From Hormiphora californensis (lineage: Eukaryota; Animalia; Ctenophora): a stretch of DNA of 64,000 bases. Made by a program: the position numbers and the translations under genes. The notes below the pieces were generated by a model that saw nothing but the letters and a program-made list of their open reading frames with translations, was not told the DNA's origin and ran no database searches. Location of the stretch: contig CM035354.1 of assembly GCA_020137815.1 (NCBI GenBank), positions 4,960,001 to 5,024,000 of the forward strand, in the 5' to 3' direction. Of this stretch, positions 1-12,391 are shown in pieces (within the stretch, counting starts at the first letter, position 1; each line of letters opens with the position of its first letter).

Positions 1-3000
1 AGAGACTTCTTACGCTGACCAGAGCAAGTTGGTCCTTCAGTGTAACAATACCAACTATAACTTCACCTCGGAGTCCTTCAACACGGGTGTCATACCAACA
101 TGTTACGGTAAATCACAGCTGGAGTAAATTAGTATAGTGATAGCAATAATAAGTATGATGATATTGAATGAATAGTAGTACCGGGAACCAAAACTGTAGA
201 CATACATGCCTGACATAATTATATATTTTCCCGATAACTAAAATTTAATACAATACTTTTAACCTAAGATCAGGAGTGACATCTAACACTAACCTAAATT
301 ACAACTTCTCTCCCTAACTTAATAAAACACACAGATTTATGCGGGTTCAGCAGTTCCCAAAGTTATAAAAACGTCGACACGTCAATCACATCGGTCGTGG
401 TCGGTGATCCAGCCTACGAGGGTCAAGACGTATCCGGTAGCAGTTACGACGTAGCGGCGTATACCAAAGTACTAACAATATATAATCCTGCAGCATGATC
501 ATATCTTGCAGATACGTGTGCCTTGCGAACTACCAATGCGCTGAACATTGGGGAGATAACATGGCTTGTCGGAGAGACCCGGTCCCTCACCAACAATATG
601 GCAATGAGACCTGGCGAGAAAGTGAGTCACACACACAATAAAATGTCCCACTGTACACAATACATAATACACAATACACAACTGGAAGTAAAATCACAAA
701 AAACACACTACACAATCATACAGTACCAGCTCATGGTTCATGATCACCAATTTTAATTGACAATCAATTAGAACAACTGTAAAACATACACAAACGCTTG
801 AGAGTTCAAAGAGTACAAAGAGAGAGTATTCAGGGTTTATTGATTGACATTTTGAGGGTTCTGGGACCGTCCGACAGGTATCTTGCATCTCTGCTAGCAA
901 CCCCTCACACACAATCTATCTTCTAGCTATACCTTCCACTAGCTAATATAGCTATCTAACTCTCTCTATCTTTGAGCTATTACCGAATGTGATATGAAGC
1001 TGATATAAACAAATGCTAATCTGATATTTGAAGCTAAACTAACCCATATGAAGCTCGACTATAATCCCAACTTATCTGATACTGAGCTGTCTCCCTCTCT
1101 GCATGTACACAGCTATAACACTGATAATGACCGCATGACCCTGCATGAGCACATCAACCCGGGGGTTGTCATGTCTCCCACACTGCCCGGGACATGTCAA
1201 CCCCTCCTCTCTACATCTCCCCTCCCTCTCAACTAACTAACTCTGTTACCTAGGTAAAACTATCGTGTAATGACACGTCCCTGTACACCGTCAAAGGAAC
1301 GAATCTATCATACGCTGAGTATGAGTGCAACACTGATGGCGACTCTATATCCGTTCAGCCTTGCTTCAAGTACTGCAGTGTAAGTGATCAATTGGTGTTG
1401 TAACGATCTGTCCAATTATCGTGTGAGTGGTGCAGTGTGAATAGTTAAGTGTGTGACATGAGATGTGTGACATGACACCCTCTCTCACTTGGTCTCACCA
1501 CCCTCCCCTCTCCAGATCTCCGATCTGACAATGAATACCAACACCAACACGGAACCCAGTGGCAAGGCTGGGTATGGCCAGACTGTTACCTTCACCTGCT
1601 CTGGTGACTACTATCTAGGATCTAGTACGGGAGAGCAGTTCACATCCACATCTAGTGAAAATATTAGGTGCAAGTGGGCTGATAGTAGCGTCCAGGATGA
1701 TGTGGTCTTCTCCGAAACCACTGTCGCATCTACCTCTCTGTGTTATGGTACGTTTATATTGTGCTGATCCTAGGTTATAATATAGGCTATAACACTCTTC
1801 TCTCTGTTTATTATGTGGATGATCTAGTTAGGCTAATCTAGATAGTTGTTCGCTCGCGATATTCAATACTCCTGTAGTATGACGAATAATCCTCTTCTCT
1901 TTCTGCAGCTGCCCTCCAGTCGGTGTCCTCTGTGCCTGATGGTGATGGAACCTTTGTAGTCACAATCACCATGCCCAGTGACAGAGACACGTAAGTTATC
2001 ATGGCAACCAATGGAATAAGTGTTATAACAGATTCACCAACTATATTTGTGGGATATGTTAAACTAACTGTCCTGATCTCGTTTCAGGAGTGAGACTATT
2101 GACTACATCACTCTCTACACCTCCTCCGGAACTAGTCTGGGTAATGCCAGCCTGACCAGCCAAACGAGCTCTAACTCCTTCACAGTATCATACACGGATA
2201 CCAGCGATTACTCCACCCTCGATGATGCTTATGCCACCATCATTTACGCTGATGACCCCACCTACAATTCTTCTACTCTGACCTTAGTCAAGGGACCTCC
2301 CTCTGCAGATGTCTGTAAGTGCAGTTACTTCAGTATGTTACTTCAGTAGTTCGCAGTTACTTCAGTACTGTTTGATGCTGGGAACTGGTGACGACCTTTT
2401 TGTTACTCAATGCTAGTAGTTAAGGTGGATGTGCAGTAGTTGGAAACTGAAAACATGGTCCTTCAATTTTCCCTAACAGTCAACTAACCCCAATATTCCC
2501 CTTCCAGCCGTGACCTCATTCTGGTGTGGGTGTAGTGACTGTGACAATTGACAATGAAGCCGCCCTTTCATCCTATGTCTCCACTACAGACCTGTCCTAT
2601 TTCCCTGTCCGCTACAGCCACAAAAAGCAGCAAAAAGAGGAGCAGCGACTCATCAACAGTCAGCACGTGTAAGTGTGCGAGAGAAAGAAATTATGAGAGA
2701 AAGTATAGTTTTATGGCACTTTGGCCTTCTTTTTTTTATTATGACAAAACCATAACAATTCTTCTTCACATTTTACAGCGTACGTGAGTGGAACAGATAC
2801 CTACACTCTCGACTTCTCCGGACTCAGCTCCCTCTCATCATACTCTGTCGCCATGACCGTTGATGTTACTGTTGATGGTACCAGCTACAGTGGTGGATCT
2901 ACCTCCTTCGATTTCGACACCGGTAATTAACACTTTTCAAAGCTATTCTACCTGAGATGTTACTCTAGAGTTCACTGCTTTCTTGTTTGCCTACATCTTC

Positions 3001-6000
3001 ATTTTTCACCTTCTATCATCCTCACTACTTCACTATTTCACTATTTCTTCACAAGTCCAAGTGTGCAGTCAACTAGCTGTGGTTGCGCCCGTCTCCCCCA
3101 GACCTAAACCATACCCCTCTCTAATGGTTTTTCCTAGACGAGACGATTACCTTTTTATTATTTTTAGGTTTGAAATCTGTGAGGGGTCCCTTAGCTGCAG
3201 CTTTCGCTGTGTGGGACCCCTGGGTGTGTGTGATGATATTTGAAAACAAGTTTATTATAAATGTTTCCCACCCAAAATAGTTCGACCCAATAAAATTAAT
3301 TACTAATTAGATGAGGGTCAATACTACTACTAATGGGAGGTTGACCAAATCATATTTTTGAGACGTCCCCGTGCTAACATTTGTCACTCCCTCATGTGTT
3401 ACACGCCACCCTAACATGTCTCTCTCTCCCCTGCCAGGATTCCCCACACCCAGTGTCAGCACCAGTGTAACATCATCTACCTCCAACACCTTTACCATCA
3501 CCATGGGTGGCAGCCTCACCCTCAGTGGAGACTACAACACCACCGTGAGTTATATCATGGGTGATATAGTAGTTACCATGGGTGATATAGTTACCATGGT
3601 TACCGCCATGGTTACTATGAAGTGTGTTACACTAACTCAATACCCTCCCCAGATTGATGGAACTACCTATGAATTAACCTACACTGATGGAGTGGCTACT
3701 AAACTCCTGACCGACCTCACAGCCCTGGAATCCTACACCTATGACGTCACCATGACCAGCACCACTGATGTCGTGTCCGACGCTGTTTCAGTGACATTCA
3801 CTCAGGGACCCACTGAGCCTAATGTGACAGGCAGCACAATCACTGATACCAGCTTCAACATTGTATGGATACATACTAGCGAGAATGCTTATTCTCTTAC
3901 AATCTACAAGAAGCTAGACACAGGTATTATTATACGGGTGACATAAACATATTAGATTGACTCATGTCTCGTGTGGGCTGTGGGGAGATGTATTTATTTA
4001 CAGATGAAACAAAACAGGGCATGGTATTCTATAGCTGCTTTTATACACCTCACATTTCCAGGTGATTACTCCGAGGTTGGATCTCACTCTATCTCCGCTA
4101 CCGAGACGATCAATACCCACACTTTCACCGACCTCGAGGCTGGGGAGACCTACAAGATCGTTATTGACGCTGAGATGGAGGTCAGCGGGGTCAACATCAA
4201 GAGCGCAGAGACGAGCATCGAGGAACAACTATGTAAGTATTATAGACACGTCCCTCAATCAGACGGTTACCATGGTTACCAATCAGATATTAGTTACCAT
4301 GGTTACCGGTGGATAGCAGTTACCCACTCACATATTGCCATCATAATGCATATTATGTTTTCACTATTAGATCCTACAACTTACCATACTACCCCTGTAT
4401 CTAGATTCGTGTACTCGTGAAGATAAGTCTGCGTACACCCTGTACTACAAGAACGGCGGTCAGGTGGTCACTGCGGACTACTTCTACGCTGATTCCAGTG
4501 TCATCTACATTGTCGAGTGTCCGGTAAATATATACACGCCTTTTTTACTGCTAACCCCTCACTTGGATGGGTTGAACTGTACTCTTGGGATGCTGGACCC
4601 CCTCACTTCATCTAATCCACGATAAAAGCTGTTCAAACTCATCGTTACCATGGTTACAACATTATCCTTTCAGGCGAACCAGTCCTTTAAGACAGTGGAC
4701 TCCACCTACGACAACGAGACTTCATGTATCGGGGCCGAGAGTTGGTCCACTCATAGTGATTGTCAGGATACCGCAGGTATAAATGAAATGAGCGAGAGAT
4801 GGAGAGAGATATAATTGAGATGAATTATATCTAGTGGTTACAGGAGAGATCATATCCAGATTAAGATCTAACCCACTTGATCAACCCACTCTAACAACAG
4901 CTAACACACATACTATAGAGCCGGAGAAGGTGATTGATGAAGGGTCTGATGTGGTTGTTGGCATTGTGTTAGGTATCCTTGCAGTGCTTATCATTGTAGG
5001 AATCATTCTGATCCTCATATACAAGAGAAACAAAGAGTAAGTGTGTGTGTTGTGTTTTATTAACGCACACACACACGCACAAGAGAGATAGGGAGTCAGA
5101 GTGAAGTTTGGGATGCTAAAAAACTTACTACATAAAACGTCATGTCGTATTGTAGTCAAATAATGAATTGTAACAGGAATAAGTTGTCTATAGTAAAAAC
5201 TAATAAACTAACAGTAAATCTTATAGATGAGGTATCAAACCCGACGGATAATACTGCAACTGTAACTGGAATAATAATAGCGATTATAGTAATTCTGATA
5301 ATAATTATCATCATAATTATCCTAATTAAAAGAAGGTTAATTAAGTAACATGTAAACTGCATGTGTTAAACAAAATGTCAATGTGCCCGTGCCGTTCTTT
5401 TAACTGTGCTATTAACTTACCATCTGACAGACAAACAAATAAACAAACTTACCATCTGACACGACTGACAGACACTTATTCGACCTTCTCTCTTCGAAGG
5501 GCTAGAACATGCAGACACAATTATACAGCTTAGTAAATCTGATACAACCTTGCGAACTTACTCAATACCTACTACTTACACGATAACTATAATAAAGTAC
5601 TGGCCATGCTTTACCTAGTTGACACGTCTCCTTAGGATTGGCGCTAGGATTGTATAGACCACCATCTTTCTAGGTAGATCGACTGATAGACATAGCGTAT
5701 AGTTACAATCTAAGCTACTAGGCATCACACAAGGACTCAGTGTGTCATTTGTAAAAGAGATCAATGAGCAAATAAATTAATATTTTGATTTTTGGCAGTG
5801 ATCACACAAATTCGCACTATATAATTTGAGTTGTTCACGTATACATGATTTGTTACACATGTCCCCACATTGCTTCAGAAGCGTCTACCAGTGATTCTGG
5901 GAATGCGGCAGCAGTGACTGGGATTATAGTAGCAATTATAATATTGCTAATATTCCTTGTCGTCCTAATCGTCCTAATTGACCGAAGAAGGTTTTTAAAC

Positions 6001-9000
6001 ATGAAGATAATGATGGTCATGTATAATCTTCGCATGTCGATATATATATATGTGTGGATGTGTGTGTCTTTGAGTACCCATGAAACATGATTAGGAGTAG
6101 GTCCGCAACTACAGGATACCGGGTTTTAGAATATCAAAATCCTATTCGCTAGATTTAAGATAACACAAACACTGAACAAAGCATGTAAAACACTTTTAAA
6201 ATTTAACATTTCAGCAGCAATGAGCTCTGGTGAAGTAGCGGGGATAGTGGTCGGGGTTGTATTGGCAATAGTTGTCATTGCCTTGGTCGTACTGGCCATT
6301 GTAATCATGATTAGGTAGATAGAACACAGCACAGGATCTATACAATCTCTATTATAGCCTGGAATCTATACAACTCTCTCTTATATAGGCGCAAAGTTTA
6401 CTAAACTATAATATACCTGGGGCTCTTCGACGAAACTTTAAACACACTTAATAAATAAGCTCTCTTTAGAGTTACACAAGGAAAATTTTTCAGACTTGTC
6501 TCGAGAGGGGTGTCGTCGAACGCTTTCCAAAACCTCACTTTAGGTCCTTGGTGTGAACCACGTGTATACCACGTGAATCCCCGGATCACCCCTCGTGTAT
6601 GGGTGTAGAAAACCAATCAGGGGATCGAAAATGGACACGTGATAGGATTTCCATTACATGGGTTTACACAGGCGTCAATTTGGTCACGTGTAGGGTTCAC
6701 CAGCCAATAGTGTTAGCGAGATATCACACCAGATTGGGCGTGAAGAAGAAGTTTGACTTCCATTTCTCAAGATTCAAGAAATTTCAAATCTTCAAAACTC
6801 TGTGTACTCTTACAGTAGCTGGCAATGAATGTTATAGCGGACAAATAGAGATCTAACATTGATTGTTCGCATTTTGAAAAATCAATAAACCTATACACTA
6901 ATAACTTAAGCAATATTATTTAGGCCGGGTGAGATGAATAGATAGGCTGCTAGATGAAGAGATAAACAGTGAAAGTATAGTAGTAGTTCACTGTTCATCT
7001 TGTCCTGCCAGAAGGAAAACAACTGAATTCATCCACATCTTATCTGACTGTGAGAGTCTAATACAGATGGTGTATGCAGTATGGGCTTGGCTGAAACCCC
7101 AAACTAGTGCCTCAATATTGTGGTTGAGTAGAGATAGCTAACTGGGGGACAAGGAGTGCCATTTTATCTTTTTTCTACATGCGAGAAGCAAAATATACAC
7201 TGTTTTGTTGCATTTTTTACTTGCCAGCGCTGTCTTGTCTACCATTAAGTCTCCTCTGGAGGAGACTTAACAAATCTCACTTTTCTCGATATTTGAGTGA
7301 GATATTGCGTGAACTATGACGTCATTGTCGCTTCAATTTGGCCCAAATCACGTGATTTTACCACGTGATTAGGGGGTTACGCAAGGTTTGGAGAGCTTGT
7401 GTAAAACTTCACTTACTACCCCTCAATTTTCACTAAGCAAGATTTCTAAAAAGTTTCGTCGACACAAACCATGCTTAAGGGGTGTGAAAATCAATTAGAA
7501 GGTGTGAAAGGAGAGTTACGCAACGTTTTTAAGTGTGCTTAAAGTTTCGTCGAAGAGCCCCTGATCAGTACTCTATCCTGATCAGCACTAACTTTTAAAA
7601 ACTTACTGAACAATTTGGCCAATTATGGAGTCAACGAATTCTTGGGCTTGATGATCTTCTAATAGGAAATATATTATCGTTTATTCAACAGACGAAATTG
7701 ACTAATTGATATCTGACTGGACAATTATATCTTTACATATTTGCATGGTGTAATGTACACTGTTTGTATATCTTGTATCTGTTTCAGCATCTGAACTTTG
7801 AATGTTACTACTTTTCTTGACAACATGTTGTCAGATATATGGGTCCTATCTCCAAATATCTGACAATATCAAATGAGCATGCCCAAACAACTTCTCTCTC
7901 TCTTTGTCTTTTCTTGTGCGTGTGTGTGCGTGTTGTAGGGGGACTTGACATAGTGATGTTAAAGTTCCCCCCGGCATGTGACAAGAATCATGGGACTCTT
8001 GATCCTATAATTCTTACTGAGAATAGCATGAACAAAGGCCGTGGTTGCTGGTCTCTGATTTTCTCTCAAGACCTTTCATTTGCCCCCTCCCTCCCTGTCC
8101 CTCCCCCAAGATCTTGCAAGATCACACCCCACGGCCACCCTCTACAAGACACCATGGTAACCCCAAGACGCCATGGTAACGGCCCACTCTCTTTAAGAGA
8201 CCAGCCCAACCCCTCTTCAAGAGACCAGCAACCATGTCAACTGACAATCACGCTCTACCCAGCACACCCAGTTACACACTTTATTGGATCCCAATCATAG
8301 ATCTGATAAGTCTGTAACCATGGTTACCACTCACTCACCCCTGTATAACAGCTGAGTGAGTGGTACTGCTGCAGGAGGGTACCATATATCTTTCAGTACA
8401 TCTAATGTCCCTCCCCCTCTAAACAGGAAAGGAAACCCCAACTCCAATGCATACTCGCCCCGAGATGAGGAACGCAACCAAGAGTAAGTTAAACTTAAAA
8501 TACTTTTTTGTACTTTTAATTCTGGTGTACTTTATGTACTTTTAGTTGATTGAGACTGCTGCACGATGTACTTCTGGTTTGATAAGAGTGGTTGCCATGG
8601 GCGTGCACTGCACCATGTAACCATGGAAACCGTTGATTAACCGTTGCATCCCCTGGTAACCATGGAAACCACGGATTAACCGTTGCATCCCCCTGTAGGG
8701 TAGAGGGAGGTGAAGCCTGGAAGAACCCCTACTACCACGAAGACGATAACAAGTAGGGAAACTGTTTGTTTTTGTTTGTGTTAAGCTGCGTCCATTAATC
8801 ACCCATAATTATCCCTCTAGACTAGACCCTATCTCTTTATTTGTGTTTACTGTTTATGCATAAACACGATTTGTGCATCCAATCACCCTTTAAATGGTAT
8901 AGCTGTTATAGTCCGTATCTAGGTAGCTGTAGTTTATGAGGATGTGTGTGAATGCGTTGTGCGTGGAGCATTATCTAGCTTTGTGGCCTCATAACAACTC

Positions 9001-11003
9001 GGCAGCACGATTGTGTAATAATTAGTTGGTTTCCTAATTAATTAATTAATTGTCTAATAACACACCAGGCCCATTAATGAGAATGAAGTGATTTTAACCT
9101 CACTAAGAGAGGGTAATAACGGATACGGCACAGCTCCGTATAATAACGAACAGTCGGCTACATTTGAGTGTGACGACACTAGCCTCCCTCTCAGGGAGGA
9201 AGAGGAGGAAGATAGAGAGTAAGGGCAGCTGCAGTGACTGCTAGCTGGGTGCAGCATAATAGAGAGAGTGCTACAGATATGCAGGGAGTCAGAATTGTCA
9301 TTAAGAAGCATATTTAGCGGCTATAAAGCGGTCATGAATCATTCCAATGCTCAGGCTACTAGCTAATCAATTAACATTAGCACAGGAGCTGTCCCTGATA
9401 AAATTAATAAGTGCCGTATATGTGTGTGAAACAGCTATAGGTGGCGAACAACCCTAATTCTTAAAAAGGGAAACCAGTGCCCCAAAACACTATATCCTCT
9501 CAACTGTGTGCTACACCCCCTCTTTACCGTGTGCTACACCCCCCCTCTTTACACTACTCAGGAAGGAGCCTGAAGATGTGCCCCTACCCATGCCCGAGTA
9601 CAATACCCCAAAACCCCCGCCCCCGGTGGAGTACAATGAGGTCGCTGAGCTGCCTCCACCTGCCCCTGAAGAACCTGAGCCTGAGCCTGAGCCTGAATTT
9701 GAACCGGTCGTGAAGTAAGGGCCCCACCCATGATGTGATGCATGGTCTGCATGGTGCATGGAACTATAATAGGGTCATTATTATACCACTGACTCTATAG
9801 TATTTGGCCCCGCACAGAGTCAGAAATTAACATGACCTGCGAACCCCCCCCCCCTTCCCCTCAGAGTTTTGACAACTACATCCTGACAACTAAATTACAT
9901 TTAAACAATTTGACAATGACTGACAATGACATACTTGATCCTACGCAGGTCCAAGATCAGTAGTATTGTTGACTTGACTGACTATGACGACAGGGTGTTA
10001 ATTAACCCCAAAAAGACGTAAGAACATCGAGAGAGATTTGAGACCCCATTCCCAAAAAATATTACTCTTTAGTATTTAGTTTGGTAACATCTCTCCTTGT
10101 GCACGGAAAGGCACCCCATTACTAAGGGACCTGCTAAAACACACTAGATACTGGCATGCTATATTGAACCCTATAGTGGCTGAGATTAGATATCCTATCA
10201 ATGCGCCTGTTAACAGACATATATTCTCGAAGGAGCTTTATACATTCTGAACCTGCATCCCCCATGTATTGTGATGTTCTCACTGGGCTGCATTATGATA
10301 TCCCCTAACAACATATCCCCTTCACCCAGGAGTAGTCCAGATATCCCTGCAGTGCCTGATAATAGGGAGGCCCCGGACACGCCGCCACCAGCCCCTCCTG
10401 CCGATAACGTATCACAGGTTAGTACTATATAATAGTTCTATCTTTTTACCCTCTCACTCCGCGCTCCTCTTTTACAAATGTAAAGGAGGGTCACCATATC
10501 AGTGCGAACTAGTTCTATCTAGGAGCTGGGCCTCTGTGATCACGTCCCCCTCACACAGGGCCATGGCCAAGTTCTATATCTTCTAGACAGGGCTGCTCTG
10601 AGTCTGCTAAACGTGTAGCTCTTAGACTGAGGCTGGAAGACGTGTTTGTTTAGCACAGCCCATGATATCTCTAGACGACATTCTATCTGATCTAATTTCA
10701 AAGACGGCATTTAGTCTGAATTCCGAATATGATTGCATTTCGAATTCACGCTGAATTTCTGCTAGTTCTGTTGTCTCCTTCCCCGCTCTGTCCCCTCTCT
10801 AAACCCCATTCTACGCCTCTCTCTCCCCTCTCTAAACCCCATTCTACACCTCTCTCTCCCCCTCTCTAAACCCCATTCTACACCCCCCCAACTCCCCTCT
10901 CTAAACCCCATTCTAAACCCAGGGAGGTGAGATGACGTTTGATGACGACGAGCCAGAGGCCGATACCGTCATAGAGAACAGAAATGCAGGGAACAACGTG
11001 TAA
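1..11003 (+). CDS. Multi-exon type-I transmembrane receptor (5' end outside window): Sushi/CCP-like repeats, 3-4 FN3-like beta domains, a membrane-proximal Sushi-like domain, TM and a Tyr/Pro-rich cytoplasmic tail
   Basis: Hand-assembled GT-AG exons: <1-107, [335-468 or 512-621], 1254-1379, 1516-1747, 1909-1990, 2088-2314, 2508-2668 (2 apparent extra T), 2779-2922, 3438-3544, 3653-3923, 4062-4232, 4405-4523, 4674-4776, [TM 4919-5036 / 5227-5335 / 5879-5990 / 6215-6314], 8427-8483, 8699-8752, 9069-9218, 9562-9714, 9949-10017, 10330-10417, 10923-11003 (..NAGNNV*). Phases are consistent except at 2508-2668. Sushi-like motifs: GQTVTFTC..IRCKW..C and PGEKVKLSC. FN3-like motifs: FTDLEAGETYKI, LTDLTALESYTY, FSGLSSLSSYSV. 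Confidence 0.85.
335..468 (+). CDS. Alternative Sushi N-half exon a (DLCGFSSSQSYKNVD...YDVAAYTK)
   Basis: acacag| acceptor, AAA|gtacta donor, phase 1 to 0, 134 nt; joins in frame to the VKLSC exon at 1254. Confidence 0.7.
512..621 (+). CDS. Alternative Sushi N-half exon b (DTCALRTTNALNIGEITW...MRPGEK)
   Basis: ttgcag| acceptor, AAA|gtgagt donor, phase 1 to 0, 110 nt; gives PGEK-VKLSC with exon 1254. Confidence 0.75.
4919..5036 (+). CDS. Alternative TM exon A (EPEKVIDEGSDVVVGIVLGILAVLIIVGIILILIYKRNKE)
   Basis: ctatag| ... GA|gtaagt, phase 1 to 2, hydrophobic helix plus basic stop-transfer residues. Confidence 0.85.
5227..5335 (+). CDS. Alternative TM exon B (DEVSNPTDNTATVTGIIIAIIVILIIIIIIIILIKRR)
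   Basis: ttatag| ... AG|gttaat, phase 1 to 2. Confidence 0.75.
5879..5990 (+). CDS. Alternative TM exon C (EASTSDSGNAAAVTGIIVAIIILLIFLVVLIVLIDRRR)
   Basis: cttcag| ... AG|gttttt, phase 1 to 2. Confidence 0.75.
6215..6314 (+). CDS. Alternative TM exon D (AAMSSGEVAGIVVGVVLAIVVIALVVLAIVIMIR)
   Basis: tttcag| ... AG|gtagat, phase 1 to 2; not in the supplied + strand ORF track. Confidence 0.8.
6417..7563. mobile_element. Non-autonomous TIR DNA transposon (~1.15 kb, hAT-like CAGGGG termini) in the intron after the TM cluster
   Basis: ~33-bp inverted termini C(T/A)GGGGCTCTTCGACGAAACTTTAA.CACACTTAA; no clear TSD and no transposase ORF. Confidence 0.7.
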
Positions 11004-11504
11004 CACTCCACACAGACCATGTTGTTTAGTTCGCATCATATCAGCTCTCTCTGCAGAGATATATATCTAGATAGTGAGAGAGTCAGTGCTATTCAGATAT
11101 ATATATAATCGGGACTGTCTGTCTGTCCGTTTGTCTGTTCGTGAGGTGTCCGTTGAAAATGTGTTCTGGTTTTTTGTAACTTATTAAGCAACACAGCTTA
11201 CACATAACTTTGTGTAGATGTGTCGGATGACGTGTTGAAAAAAACCGAAAAAGCCATTTGATCTTAACTAATTAAAATTTTGACGAATCAAATATATGGA
11301 GAGAAATATTGAGTGATATGAAGATATAGCGGTTTGATTTTGTTTGTCGGGTTATATTAAATTTGTGCATAAAATAATGCATTCTGTCATGTGTGTGTAT
11401 GTGTGATCCTGTGGTTACACAGTCACGTGTATCTCTGGTAAATTTCCTATGTTTTTCTTAGTTTTTAGAGTTTTTAATTGTGTCAGTGAGTCAGAGATGA
11501 GGAT

Positions 11505-11647
<143 letters not shown>

Positions 11648-12391
11648 CATACTGTATAGTAAATATCTTTGTAATGAGTTCAGAAATTCCTGTGATTTGA
11701 GATGAACGCGACATAAGAGACGCAAGATGCGGTGTGTGAGAGTTTATAATTATAGTTTTCTACTAAGCTGACTATAAGAATTAATAGTATAGTTATCCCA
11801 CCGCGTGTCCTGAACAATATGTCGGTTGTCAAGACGATTATAAATTCTCCAATTCCATATTGTCATAATGATCTCTGTTCTGTGTATATCGGGTATCAAT
11901 ATAAATATTAACACGTTGTGCAGTAACCGCATTGCTTTCTGTCTATATTAGACACTACGGTAGCTTTCTACACCGTGGTTGACATAGTCCGATATTATCT
12001 TGTCCGTCTCGCCGCGACCTGTTTTTTCATTTTGAAGTATGAGTTTTGAGTTGTTATAAAAATAGACTCCAGCTCCGGACAACTATTGTATTCTTTATTT
12101 TAAATCATCGTGTTTTCATTTGTTACAATTACGGAACTTAAAACTGTCAAAAATCTCAAAAAACCCAGTGGCTTAAAAAATGGTACGCGCAAATCATGAG
12201 CCGCGCGTTAAAAGGTCGCGCGGCGTGCGCGTGTCGATCACGAATATTGAATTTGAAATAAATTCGTGAAAAGTTTTGCATTTTCACACACCGCGGTCCG
12301 GGCCAGCATTAAAACTTAAAATCTGGGTGTTTTGGGAGTGCTAACAAACGGTTTTTTAGGGTTAGGGCTAAAGTAGGGTTAGGGTTAAGGT

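Noticed and set aside
3371-4420. ORFs 3371-3946 and 3971-4420 as stand-alone genes
   Set aside because: They are exons of the receptor read through flanking intron sequence
10992-11003. C-terminal -NNV as a PDZ-binding motif
   Set aside because: Terminal Val only; the -2 residue (Asn) fits no standard PDZ class
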